The translations under genes and the position numbers were made by a program. Source: a virus. Taken from it: a stretch of DNA of 49,157 bases. Positions 1-8,260 of the stretch are shown piece after piece (position 1 is the first letter of the stretch; every line of letters starts with the position of its first letter). The DNA lies in the IMG/VR virus record IMGVR_UViG_3300048910_000190, positions 1-49,157 of that record, one strand, 5' to 3'. Below the pieces are notes generated by a model. The model did no database searches. It worked only from the letters and a program-made list of their open reading frames with translations, and was not told where the DNA came from.

Positions 1-68
1 GTCAGTGCCTCGCGTACGACGTTGGCCATGAACTCCACGGAGTCGTTCGCCTCGGGCGGGTTGGTCAC
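1..68 (-). CDS. 5' part of a 42-aa hypothetical protein that continues across the circular junction into 49157..49097
   Basis: AGGAG RBS then GTG at 68; VTNPPEANDSVEFMANVVREAL continues in frame as TDAVVHVRDIPGWRDSTTRG* with GC-rich third positions. Confidence 0.7.
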   Translation of the reverse strand, partial: MTNPPEANDSVEFMANVVREAL

Positions 69-129
69 GGTGGTCTCCTGGGTGTTGGGTTGGGTGGCTG
101 GCGGGAACACGGGGCGGTCAGGCGGGACA

Positions 130-534
130 TCAAGCAGGCAGCGCCAGAGCCTTCGCCACGACCGCAGCCATCTCGTCGAACGAGGCCGCGTAGCCGAACA
201 CCACGCGATTCATCTCGTCCCGGATCTGCCAGCCGTCGGAGACGGGAGCCTCCGGGTGTCCAAGCCAGCGGGTCCGAGCGGAAGGTCGGACTGGTGAGGC
301 GTAGGCGTACGGCAGGCGCGGCCGTTTCGAGTCCTGAAGGGCAAGCTCGGCAGCAGTGTGCTGCGGGGCAATGCCCCACAGGTTCCACCAGTGGTCGAGC
401 GCGCAGCTGGTGCACTGCTCGCCTCCGGTACGGATGTCGACCTGGCAGCCTCCGACGCGGAACACCTCGTACGGGCGGCTATTGATGGTGATTCGGGACA
501 GAACTAGGGCGGGCGTGGGCGGCATCGTGGTCAC
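130..534 (-). CDS. hypothetical protein
   Basis: GTG overlaps the upstream stop (GTGA); GGAGAA RBS; GC3-biased frame. Confidence 0.7.
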   Translation of the reverse strand: MTTMPPTPALVLSRITINSRPYEVFRVGGCQVDIRTGGEQCTSCALDHWWNLWGIAPQHTAAELALQDSKRPRLPYAYASPVRPSARTRWLGHPEAPVSDGWQIRDEMNRVVFGYAASFDEMAAVVAKALALPA

Positions 535-689
535 TTCTCCGTTGTGAGGGCCTGGTCGAGGACGGCGAAGGCGTCGCCGAGCGCGGCAGCGGCGTCGAGG
601 TACTCGTCGTCGCTCATGGCGCTGGCCATGCGCTGCGAGGCGGCTCGACCGGCGGTGAGAGCGGCGAGGGCGGCGGGCGTGAGCTTCAC
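531..689 (-). CDS. small Ala-rich helical hypothetical protein (52 aa)
   Basis: GAAGGAG RBS before GTG 689 (VKLTPAALAAL...); 3' part of ORF 531..833. Confidence 0.7.
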   Translation of the reverse strand: MKLTPAALAALTAGRAASQRMASAMSDDEYLDAAAALGDAFAVLDQALTTEK

Positions 690-721
690 GGCGGTCTCCT
701 TCGGGTGTGGTCGGCGGGCGG

Positions 722-1057
722 TCAGGCTTGGGTTGCGCGGATCTGCTTGCAGGCGTCGCAGGTCACGGCGGCGAGATGCTTCGGGAAGCGCGCCTCGGCC
801 CACGTCCGATCGTTGCCAGCCGGGGCACCGCACAGGGTCTGGGAGCCGTCCTCGCTCGCGCTGTACTTCACGCGGTAGAAGGTGTTGCCGCGCTTGCGGG
901 CGATGCGCTTGCGGATGTGCACCTCACCGGCAAGGGAGGCGGCGTTGCGCTCCTCCTGGTCTCGCCGCTGGTCGGCCAGAATCCGCTCGACCAGCGTGCG
1001 GGCTTCGTCGTCGGTGGTGACGTTCTCGAACGCCGCACGGATCTCGTCATCGGTCAT
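722..1057 (-). CDS. hypothetical protein with C-terminal Cys (Zn-binding) motif
   Basis: GAAGGGA RBS, ATG 1057 (MTDDEIRAAF...); TLCG...VTCDAC. Confidence 0.75.
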   Translation of the reverse strand: MTDDEIRAAFENVTTDDEARTLVERILADQRRDQEERNAASLAGEVHIRKRIARKRGNTFYRVKYSASEDGSQTLCGAPAGNDRTWAEARFPKHLAAVTCDACKQIRATQA

Positions 1058-1083
1058 CGCGGTTCCCTTCGGGGGCGGGAGGG

Positions 1084-1527
1084 TCAGGCGGCGTAGGCGA
1101 AGGTGAACCCGCCGGAGACGTCGGTCAGGCCCTCCCACGAGGCGAGGCAGTCGGAGCAGACGAGATCCGAGTTGTGGTCCGGGGCGAGCTCGTCCATCTC
1201 GCACAGGTAGGAGCAGGAGGAGCAGAACGCCTTCGGGGTGGCCGGGGAGAGGTCGGCGGGCCGGGCGACGGTGTAGGCGCTGCGGTGGACCGTGTAGGCC
1301 TGGATGCGGTCCACGCGGAAGGTGCGCTTCTCGCCGGACTGCCGGTCCATGACCTTCAGCAGGATGTCCCCGGCGTTCGAGACCTGAATGTCGTAGATCT
1401 CGATGGTGCGGATGGTCTCCGAGCCGTCGGCCTTGAGGTAGGTGATGGTGACGGGCTGCTGGCGGTCCATGGCGGTCATGAGGCGGAGGGTGGTCTGGGT
1501 CTCGGTCTCGTTCTTGGTGAGGAACAC
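1084..1527 (-). CDS. stand-alone WYL-domain protein with C-terminal CxxC...CxxC zinc ribbon
   Basis: GGAGG RBS; VTITYLKADGSETIRTIE...DRQSGEKRTFRVDRI matches the WYL pattern (Y...R.(V/I)EP...R.FR.DRI); CSSC...CSDC. Confidence 0.8.
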   Translation of the reverse strand: MFLTKNETETQTTLRLMTAMDRQQPVTITYLKADGSETIRTIEIYDIQVSNAGDILLKVMDRQSGEKRTFRVDRIQAYTVHRSAYTVARPADLSPATPKAFCSSCSYLCEMDELAPDHNSDLVCSDCLASWEGLTDVSGGFTFAYAA

Positions 1528-1569
1528 CAGGGCCTCCGGGGCGGGGAGTTCGTCCGGCCTGTCGCCGTC

Positions 1570-1685
1570 CTTGTGGGTACAACGCTACGCATCTTGTGGG
1601 TACAAGGCAAGCGATTGGCCAAAGAATCTTGTAGGTACATCGCGCGCCACTCCCCATTGCCCTTGTAGGTACACGCCGCTACCCT
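1570..1685. promoter_or_regulatory. divergent promoters containing four CTTGT(G/A)GGTACA operator repeats
   Basis: Repeats at 1570, 1593, 1628 and 1662. Minus promoter TTGCCT(1610-1605)-17bp-TAGCGT(1587-1582). Plus promoter TTGCCC(1657-1662)-17bp-TACCCT(1680-1685)-6nt-ATG (leaderless). Confidence 0.8.
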
Positions 1686-1691
1686 GCGGAC

Positions 1692-1931
1692 ATGGTCAAA
1701 ACAAGCTCCGACTACGAGAAGCCCAAGAACATCCGCGTCCCCAACGCCGACGAGTGGGCGCCCTTCGAGCAGGCCACCAGGGCCATGCATCCCGAAGGCC
1801 GCAGCCCCCGCACGGCCGTCATCCGCGAGTTCATCCGCTGGTACATGCGACGCCCCGGCGCCAAGCTCCCCGAGCGGCCACCCGCCGGCCCCTGGTCCAC
1901 TGCGGCCGAGGAACCCACCCCCGACGCCTGA
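1692..1931 (+). CDS. putative ribbon-helix-helix DNA-binding protein (likely autorepressor)
   Basis: KNIRVP beta-strand followed by two helices (EWAPFEQAT; RTAVIREFIRWY); leaderless start right after a -10 box; isolated plus-strand gene. Confidence 0.7.
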   Translation: MVKTSSDYEKPKNIRVPNADEWAPFEQATRAMHPEGRSPRTAVIREFIRWYMRRPGAKLPERPPAGPWSTAAEEPTPDA

Positions 1932-1987
1932 CCCGCGCCCCGCCTGAAGCCGCCGGCCACCGCCGAGCGGCGCATTCGCGTGCCCGC

Positions 1988-2749
1988 TCACTCCCACACC
2001 ACCGGCGCTGGCCGCCCTGCCCGCCGGTGGGCCTGCCTGACGGCGTCCCAGCCGATGCCGAGCCGTACGGCGATGCCCTCCCGCGACAGGCCCTCCGCGA
2101 CGAGCTCCGCCGTGTCCTCCACGACCGCCTGTACCCGGGACACTTCGCGGCCGAGGTCCGGAACGGCGTCCGCGGCGTCGATGTCGTCCCAGGCGAGCGC
2201 TGGCGCCCACTGGTGGCGCTCGGCGAGGAGCCGGGCCCGGCGGGCGGAGATCGGCTTGACGCCGCGCTCCTCGGGCTGCTGGTCCCACAGGCGGCGGAAT
2301 CCCTGGGCGACCGCGGCCTCGGTGCGGACGGCCACCGCATCGTGGGTGGCATGCAGCAGCCGGTACAGCTGGTTGGGGTGGATGCCTAGCTCGGCGCCGA
2401 GGCGTGCGGCGGGCCAGCCGGCGTGGATGAGGGCCTGGAGGCGGCGGCGGGTGCCGTGCGGGGGGACCATGGCGGCGCTGACGACGCGCTGGGGGCCGGT
2501 GGGGACGGGTACGGCGAGGATGCGCTGCTCGGTGCGCACGCTGATGCGGGCGCGGCGGTTGGCGGCAGTGTCGAGGGTGCTGTGGCCGATGCGGGCGGCG
2601 GCCCGGATCTGCTGGTCGGTGAGTCCGGCGTGGCGGAGCTGCTGGATGTGGGCGGCGGCCCGGTTGGGGTTGGTGGTGCGGCGGGTGGGGGCGCCGTGGG
2701 TGCGGAGGTACTGGCGGTGCTTGGGGCTGAGGACCGGGGTGGTGGGCAT
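1988..2749 (-). CDS. multi-HTH DNA-binding protein (possible late regulator)
   Basis: ATG 2749; HTH-like segments GLTDQQIRAAARIGHSTL, GWPAARLGAELGI and GLSREGIAVRLGIGWDAV; last gene of the early arm. Confidence 0.7.
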   Translation of the reverse strand: MPTTPVLSPKHRQYLRTHGAPTRRTTNPNRAAAHIQQLRHAGLTDQQIRAAARIGHSTLDTAANRRARISVRTEQRILAVPVPTGPQRVVSAAMVPPHGTRRRLQALIHAGWPAARLGAELGIHPNQLYRLLHATHDAVAVRTEAAVAQGFRRLWDQQPEERGVKPISARRARLLAERHQWAPALAWDDIDAADAVPDLGREVSRVQAVVEDTAELVAEGLSREGIAVRLGIGWDAVRQAHRRAGRPAPVVWE

Positions 2750-2772
2750 GCGCTGTCCCTCGAGGTCGTGGG

Positions 2773-2919
2773 CTAGGCGGGTTGGTAGTCGGCGAGGTCG
2801 CGGAGAACGTTGCGGGTGTGGCGTGGGGGCGGCTCGGGGGTGGGCTTGGGCTCGTCGTCGGGGTCGAGGTCGAGCCCGGCCTCGATGGCCGCCCACCGGT
2901 CGTCTTCGAAGCGGCTCAC
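2773..2919 (-). CDS. small hypothetical protein (48 aa)
   Basis: GTG 2919 overlaps the upstream stop; VSRFEDDRWAAIEAGLDLD. Confidence 0.6.
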   Translation of the reverse strand: MSRFEDDRWAAIEAGLDLDPDDEPKPTPEPPPRHTRNVLRDLADYQPA

Positions 2920-3776
2920 GGCTGGGCGCCTGCCGGAGTAGCGAGGTTCGGCTTCAGCACGACGCCCAGCGTCTGGCGGACGCGCGCCCGCATCTGCTCC
3001 TCGCTTGGCAGCGCCATGGGCTCCGGTGCTACGGGCAGCTGGTCGGCGATGCACTGCTGCACCAGGTCGCGCTGCCGGTCCTCCTCCGACCGGACTGCCC
3101 ACCACGGCTGTGCACCTTCGCCGAATGCGGCACCGTAGTGATCGGGCAGGGGGTCGAACGGCAGCAGAGTTCCGGGGATCCAGCTTCCGAGCCAGCCTCC
3201 GTTGTTGTCCTCGAGCTCGGCCAGTCTGGCGTCGGCCGCAGCGGCGCGCTTGCGGGCTGACTGCCAGGCGAGGCGGTACCGCTCGGCGCGGTCCTCTGCG
3301 GGCCTGGGGCAGCACTCGGCACACGGGCAGCAGAACGGCTGGTCGAGGTAGTTGCGGTAGACGACCGCAGTCGAGCCGCACTGGCAGCAGACGGGCGCCT
3401 GCTGGGCCTCCTGGCTGGCTACGGCTCCGTTCAGGACAGCGATGGTGGGGCACGGCCACGGGACGCCGTGACTGCCCGTGCAGGCCGCGCAGAGGCCGTA
3501 CTCCTCGCGATGCAGGGCCCGGACACGGGCTTCTGCCTGACGCCGCTGGGCCAACTCGTCCTCGGCCGCACGAAGCTGGGCCTCGAGGCCGCGCACCTTG
3601 GCCTCATGGCGCTCGTCGCAGCAGACCAACGGCACCCGGACCGCGAGCCGGTCGCGCTCGGCGGTCATGTCCTTGAGCTGGCCGCCAAGTTGCTGCACCT
3701 TCGCCATCAGGCCGCCAGCGGTGCGGCGGGCTTGCTCGAGCTGCTGCTTCACCTGCTCGTGGTACGCGTCGGTCAC
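2916..3776 (-). CDS. mosaic coiled-coil/Cys-rich hypothetical protein
   Basis: GGAGG RBS; heptad-rich N-terminus; several CxxC motifs. Confidence 0.75.
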   Translation of the reverse strand: MTDAYHEQVKQQLEQARRTAGGLMAKVQQLGGQLKDMTAERDRLAVRVPLVCCDERHEAKVRGLEAQLRAAEDELAQRRQAEARVRALHREEYGLCAACTGSHGVPWPCPTIAVLNGAVASQEAQQAPVCCQCGSTAVVYRNYLDQPFCCPCAECCPRPAEDRAERYRLAWQSARKRAAAADARLAELEDNNGGWLGSWIPGTLLPFDPLPDHYGAAFGEGAQPWWAVRSEEDRQRDLVQQCIADQLPVAPEPMALPSEEQMRARVRQTLGVVLKPNLATPAGAQP

Positions 3777-4006
3777 GGGGTGCCTCCTTCCTGGGTCTTA
3801 AGGAGCTCGCGGCGCTGGGAGCGGATGACCTGCTCGTAGTCGGCGGCTCGCGCGACGAGTTCGGCGATCTGCTTCTCCATGTGGTCGATGGCCGTGTAGC
3901 AGGCGGTGAGGCCGTCCCGGAGGATGGTCGTTTCGGGGCCGCGCAGGGGGCGGCGTGCAGCGGTTTCGACGAGGACGTGCAGCTGTTCGCGGCTGATCGG
4001 GGTCAT
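3773..4006 (-). CDS. hypothetical protein
   Basis: AGGAG RBS, ATG 4006 (MTPISREQL...), ATGA coupling. Confidence 0.7.
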   Translation of the reverse strand: MTPISREQLHVLVETAARRPLRGPETTILRDGLTACYTAIDHMEKQIAELVARAADYEQVIRSQRRELLKTQEGGTP

Positions 4007-4326
4007 GCTGCGGTCTCCTGCCGTGCGGGGGCCTGTGCGGCCTGTGGCGGCCCTGCCGGGGTCGGGTTGGGCCTGGGAGCCGGTTGGATGTCCCGGAGCG
4101 TCAGGACGCCGTGCCTGATGGCCCTGGCGACGGCGTGAGCCCGGCCCGTGGCGCCGAGCTTCCGGCTGACGCGCTGCAGGTGGGACTTGACGGTGTTCTC
4201 GGTGAGGTACAGCTCGCGGCCGATCTCGGCGTTGGACTGGCCGTTGGCGATGCCGCGCAGGATCTGCACCTCGCGGACGGTCAGGCGCTGGCCCAGACGG
4301 GCCGTGCAGCTGGTGGCGGAGGTCAC
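4003..4326 (-). CDS. LuxR/GerE-family HTH transcriptional regulator (DNA-binding domain only)
   Basis: LTVREVQILRGIANGQSNAEIGRELYLTENTVKSHLQRVSRKLG is a textbook LuxR HTH. Confidence 0.9.
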   Translation of the reverse strand: MTSATSCTARLGQRLTVREVQILRGIANGQSNAEIGRELYLTENTVKSHLQRVSRKLGATGRAHAVARAIRHGVLTLRDIQPAPRPNPTPAGPPQAAQAPARQETAA

Positions 4327-4457
4327 TGGTCGGTCTCCTCATCGTGGTGGTGGTGTTCGCGCCACAGGGCGCGGGCGAGGTAGTAGCCGAGGACGAGCAG
4401 CGGCCCGCCCACCACCTCGCCTAGGGCCCGCAGGTCGGGCCAGAAATCAGGCGTCAC
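4323..4457 (-). CDS. small membrane peptide (44 aa) with His-rich tail
   Basis: Not in the ORF track; VTPDFWPDLRALGEVVGGPLLVLGYYLARALWREHHHHDEETDQ; fills the gap between coupled genes. Confidence 0.5.
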   Translation of the reverse strand: MTPDFWPDLRALGEVVGGPLLVLGYYLARALWREHHHHDEETDQ

Positions 4458-4575
4458 GATCGCCTCGCTTCGGGGGCTTGGGCATCTCGCGGGACGCGGC
4501 GCGGGCGAGGCCGGCGACGAGCAGCAGTACCAGCAGCGCGGCCACGATCAGCACCGCCAGCACAACCGCGCTCAT
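4447..4575 (-). CDS. small single-TM membrane peptide (42 aa)
   Basis: Not in the ORF track; MSAVVLAVLIVAALLVLLLVAGLARAASREMPKPPKRGDRDA; ATGA overlap with the upstream gene. Confidence 0.65.
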   Translation of the reverse strand: MSAVVLAVLIVAALLVLLLVAGLARAASREMPKPPKRGDRDA

Positions 4576-4934
4576 GACGCGTCCCGAGGGTCAGGCAGCG
4601 CGGCATTCGGGCAGCCGTCGTAGGAGGCGCCGGGGAAGCACAGGTTGCCGTGCTCCGGGCACTTCGTGCAGCGCGGGCACCACTCCAGGCCTTCGTCTAC
4701 CGGCAGGCGGCAGTTCCCGCAGATGGAACGCGCGTCCACAGGGGGCGCCTTGCGCTCGGCCCGCCAAGCGGCGAACCGCGAGACCCGCTCCCACCGGCCA
4801 GCCCACCCGCGAGGCCGGTACAGCTGCCAAGCCTTCCCGCAGTGGTCGCAGCGGACCATGTCACCGCTGTCGTGGAGCCGTTCGGCGGGGAGGTCGCACC
4901 GGTGGTCGCCCTTGCGGATCAAGGTGGCGCTCAC
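4572..4934 (-). CDS. Cys-rich (zinc-finger) hypothetical protein
   Basis: CDHC, CGNC, CPRC and CPEH motifs; GTGA coupling. Confidence 0.7.
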   Translation of the reverse strand: MSATLIRKGDHRCDLPAERLHDSGDMVRCDHCGKAWQLYRPRGWAGRWERVSRFAAWRAERKAPPVDARSICGNCRLPVDEGLEWCPRCTKCPEHGNLCFPGASYDGCPNAALPDPRDAS

Positions 4935-5326
4935 GACTCGCCGCCGAGGAACTGCCGGGCCACCGCGAGGGTGTACGGGTTGATCTCGCCCTGCGCATCG
5001 CCCTCAGCCGCATCGTCCAGCCAGTCGGCGAGAGCGAGCCCGACACCCGGATGCATCAGCGCGATCCAGGCAGCGTCGTCCTCGCCGCGCTCCTGCACCG
5101 AACGCTCGACGGCGAAGACCTCCGGACGGTCAACGTCCGCGCTGCCGACCATCGCGTGCGGGCTCCCCACGAGCAGGAGGAAGCAGGCGGGGTCGTTGCA
5201 GTCGGCGGGGCAGGTGTTGGAGTGCCAGCGGTTCCAGGACCACGGCCCCGGGGTGGCGGCGGTGGCCCGCTCCCGGAGGAGCTTGGCGGCAGCGGTCAGA
5301 ATCTCGGACGGGGAAAGGTCAGACAT
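4931..5326 (-). CDS. Ead/Ea22-like protein
   Basis: LRERATAATPGPW...DAAWIALMHP pattern; GGAGG RBS, ATG 5326. Confidence 0.6.
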   Translation of the reverse strand: MSDLSPSEILTAAAKLLRERATAATPGPWSWNRWHSNTCPADCNDPACFLLLVGSPHAMVGSADVDRPEVFAVERSVQERGEDDAAWIALMHPGVGLALADWLDDAAEGDAQGEINPYTLAVARQFLGGES

Positions 5327-5636
5327 GACGACCTCCAGCGAGCTCGAACGTGACGGCCTGCCACCCGGACGCCTCGTCCAAGTCGCCAAGGGTGACGGCG
5401 TAGCCGTGCGCCATCGCAATCAGATCGACCTGCGGCAGGTAGCGGGCGTCCATGTAGCGCTCGCGCGGGATGGCCGCCGTGAGACGAAGCATGCGCAGCT
5501 CCTCGATAAGGGCGCCGCAGGTGGCTCCGGCGACGAACGCTGCATCGTCGAACGGGCCGCCATTGCTCTTGCAGAGGACGAACGGCATGACGGGCGCGTA
5601 CTCGCCCTCGGCATGCTCGGGGCTCAGGTTGGTCAT
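5319..5636 (-). CDS. hypothetical protein
   Basis: GAAGGAG RBS, ATG 5636 (MTNLSPEHAEGEY...). Confidence 0.75.
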   Translation of the reverse strand: MTNLSPEHAEGEYAPVMPFVLCKSNGGPFDDAAFVAGATCGALIEELRMLRLTAAIPRERYMDARYLPQVDLIAMAHGYAVTLGDLDEASGWQAVTFELAGGRHV

Positions 5637-5709
5637 GTGCTTCTCCTTCGGGTGGGTGGTGGGCCCGCTGTGTGCGGGCCCGGCAGAGACGATCAGGCGG
5701 CAGCGGCCG

Positions 5710-7284
5710 TCAGATGCCGTGCAGGACAGCCCGCAACCGGGCCCCAATCCACGCCCCGACCTGCGGCGAGACAGCGTTGCCGAAGCCGTCGACCTGGTCA
5801 CGGGCACTACCCCAGACGACGAACGAGCCCTCGTAGCCAGGGAAGTTGACATCGAACCCGCAGCCGCGGCCGATCTCGTACTCCCGCATCATCCGGAAGT
5901 AGCAGTCCTCCAACCGCAACTGGCTCAGGGTGGCCCGCCACTCGGCCGTGAGCAGCGCAGTCGCGTTCCCGGTGGAGCCGTTCCGCTTGTGCCAGCCGGA
6001 GAACAACAGGCCGGGAATCTGATCGGACGTCACGGTCGGCATCGACTCGCTGTGCACCGTCGGCAGGGTGTTCTTCCGGAACGGCACCACCCCGGTGGAC
6101 AGCATCGCCATCGTCTCCGAGCCGCCCTGCGTCGGCAGCGGTTCGCCGACACCCCGGGGCGCACCCTGGAAGTTGTCGACAGCGATCGCCAGCTGCCCAG
6201 TGGACAGGAGCGCGGTCTCCTGCTGGCTGGTCTGCGTCGCCATCGGCTGCCACGGATGCCGCTCGGAGCCGTGCACGGCCTTGGCCGGCATCAGCACCGC
6301 GGGGAAGTCGGCGAACCGCTGGCGGCAGCGTTCCGCGCGGGCCATCGTCGCCTCGGCAAGGGGCCTAGGGCGGTCGCCGATGCGAGTGCCCAGGACGGAC
6401 AGGTCCAAGGCGGCCAGCGACGGAGTCATGGGCGGGACGACCGGGCGGTGGCACCTGGGGCAGCAGTACTCGTACTGCTTGCCGTAGCGCACCGACCCGG
6501 TGGGCGGCAGACCGGTCTTCCACGACCACACGGCCTCAACGTCCCGGTCGCATCGGTGGCAGCGCGCCACCGGCCGGTGGTCCAGGTCGGGCGCGGGCAG
6601 CGACTTGTCCCAGAACACCCAGTAGGCCCGGTCGCGGGACTGCGGCACCCCGAAGAACATGCTGTTGAGGTAGAGGACCTTGTCGAACCGGTAGCCGAGC
6701 ACGTCGAACTGCTTGAGCCACCACCGGTACGTGGAGCCGTCGCCGACCTTCGGCCGGCCCGGAATCGCGGGCCCCCAGGAGGTGAGCTCAGTGGTGCACT
6801 CGACGAGGATCAGCCGCGGGTGGTGCTGGGCGGCGTAGTGCAGGACACAGTTCGCGGTGGCCCGGTCCCGCTCGGACTTGGTGACCCGCGCCTCGTAATC
6901 CGGGTCTTCCAGGTCGAACAGGGAGACGCCCTGCGCGTAGGCCTTCTGGGTGTTGGCCTGCGAGTGATTGACGCAGCTCACGCCGGCGACGAGGAGGTCG
7001 GCCGCCGGGAGGTCGCGGGCAGAGTGGTAGTCCGCTGCCTCGGGGTCGACCAGATCGGCTATCCAGTGCTCGGCGTTGGGGTGGTTCGCCTCGTGGACCT
7101 CGACCTTGTAGGCGTTGTGGTTGGCGGCCATGATCGTGGTGAACCCGGCCATCTCGATGCCACGGGTCAGGCCTCCGAATCCGGAGAACAGGTCGACTGC
7201 GATGAGGTCGTCGTTGCGGAAGCGGCGGCGCTTGGTGGCCGGCCGGTGGGTGGCGACGCGACGAACGGTCGTGGTCTGGCTCAC
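5710..7284 (-). CDS. DNA (cytosine-5)-methyltransferase with variant catalytic motifs
   Basis: Motif I DLFSGFGG, IV AGVSC, VI VECT, VIII GVPQSRDR, IX RMMREYE, X GNAVSP; GAAGGAG RBS. Confidence 0.9.
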   Translation of the reverse strand: MSQTTTVRRVATHRPATKRRRFRNDDLIAVDLFSGFGGLTRGIEMAGFTTIMAANHNAYKVEVHEANHPNAEHWIADLVDPEAADYHSARDLPAADLLVAGVSCVNHSQANTQKAYAQGVSLFDLEDPDYEARVTKSERDRATANCVLHYAAQHHPRLILVECTTELTSWGPAIPGRPKVGDGSTYRWWLKQFDVLGYRFDKVLYLNSMFFGVPQSRDRAYWVFWDKSLPAPDLDHRPVARCHRCDRDVEAVWSWKTGLPPTGSVRYGKQYEYCCPRCHRPVVPPMTPSLAALDLSVLGTRIGDRPRPLAEATMARAERCRQRFADFPAVLMPAKAVHGSERHPWQPMATQTSQQETALLSTGQLAIAVDNFQGAPRGVGEPLPTQGGSETMAMLSTGVVPFRKNTLPTVHSESMPTVTSDQIPGLLFSGWHKRNGSTGNATALLTAEWRATLSQLRLEDCYFRMMREYEIGRGCGFDVNFPGYEGSFVVWGSARDQVDGFGNAVSPQVGAWIGARLRAVLHGI

Positions 7285-7343
7285 GACGGTGCTCCTTCCG
7301 GGGTGGGGTGGCGCGGGGTGGTGGCGGCCACCCCGCAGGACGA

Positions 7344-7958
7344 TCAGGCAGACGGCTGGGCGGTGCGCGTCGGACACGAGGGGTAGTGGCCGGGGTGAAC
7401 GTAGGTCTGGCAGCCGCAACCGGGTGCGTCGGCAGGCGGCTGGGCGGCGGCTCGAACGACAGCGACCCACTCGGGCACGGGCAGAGGCTGCTCCCAGCGG
7501 GTGGCGCCCTTCTCGGCCTGGTCGCAGACGGCGAGGACTGCGGCGATCCGGTCCTCAGCTGCAGCCACCTCTCGCAGCGCTTGGCGGCGAACGGCCCGGA
7601 CCCCGTTCTCGCGGGTGCGGATTCGCTCAACGTCTGCCTGAGCCTGCTCCAGATCGGCGCGGAGCCGGTCCTGCTTGGCGATGGCCCGGTCCCGCAGGTC
7701 GGTCATGGCAGTGAGCTCGGCGCGGAGCCGGTCCAGCTCGGGCTGCACGACAGCGGCGACCGTGTCGGCAAGGGCATGCACGTCACCGGTCACGTCGGAG
7801 ACGATCCCGAAGTGCAACACCGCAACCTGGATGGGGTGCTGGGCATCGCACTCGCGCTCGCCGAGACCGCAGGTGCCATCGCAGTCGTAAGCGGCGTTCC
7901 GGATGACCTCGGCAAGCCGGTCGCGGAGCTGCTGGTCGGTGAGCGGGACGGCGGTCAT
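7344..7958 (-). CDS. coiled-coil hypothetical protein
   Basis: GGAGAG RBS, ATGA coupling, heptad pattern. Confidence 0.75.
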   Translation of the reverse strand: MTAVPLTDQQLRDRLAEVIRNAAYDCDGTCGLGERECDAQHPIQVAVLHFGIVSDVTGDVHALADTVAAVVQPELDRLRAELTAMTDLRDRAIAKQDRLRADLEQAQADVERIRTRENGVRAVRRQALREVAAAEDRIAAVLAVCDQAEKGATRWEQPLPVPEWVAVVRAAAQPPADAPGCGCQTYVHPGHYPSCPTRTAQPSA

Positions 7959-8260
7959 CGGGACTCTCCCGGGCTGTCGTAGTCGAGCAGGGCATGATGC
8001 GCGGCATGGGCAACCGCGAGGCAGCGACGCTGCTGCTTAGGGCCGAGGTGAACGGACAGCAGCGGGCCGAGCTGCTGCGCGAGGAACCCGATCCGCTCCG
8101 ACGGGACGAACTCGCCGAGGCTGCACGCGTACTGCGGCGAGAGCGTGCAGTCCTCGCAGGCGCAGCTGCCTTCGCTGTGCTGGTCGAGGCGACCACCGCA
8201 GTTGTCACACCAGCACTTAGGGCAGCGGTCCACGTGGCCGTCAGGCTCGGCGGCGGTCAC
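7955..8260 (-). CDS. Cys-rich hypothetical protein
   Basis: GTG 8260 overlaps the upstream stop; CPKCWCDNC...CACEDC. Confidence 0.65.
   Translation of the reverse strand: MTAAEPDGHVDRCPKCWCDNCGGRLDQHSEGSCACEDCTLSPQYACSLGEFVPSERIGFLAQQLGPLLSVHLGPKQQRRCLAVAHAAHHALLDYDSPGESR

Noticed and set aside
1570-1673. Mini CRISPR array
   Set aside because: Repeats are only 12 bp with irregular 11-23 bp gaps, sit inside promoters, and there are no cas genes.
5470-7386. 638-aa plus-strand ORF
   Set aside because: Antisense shadow of the methyltransferase; stop-poor frames are expected at this GC content and it has no recognisable motifs.
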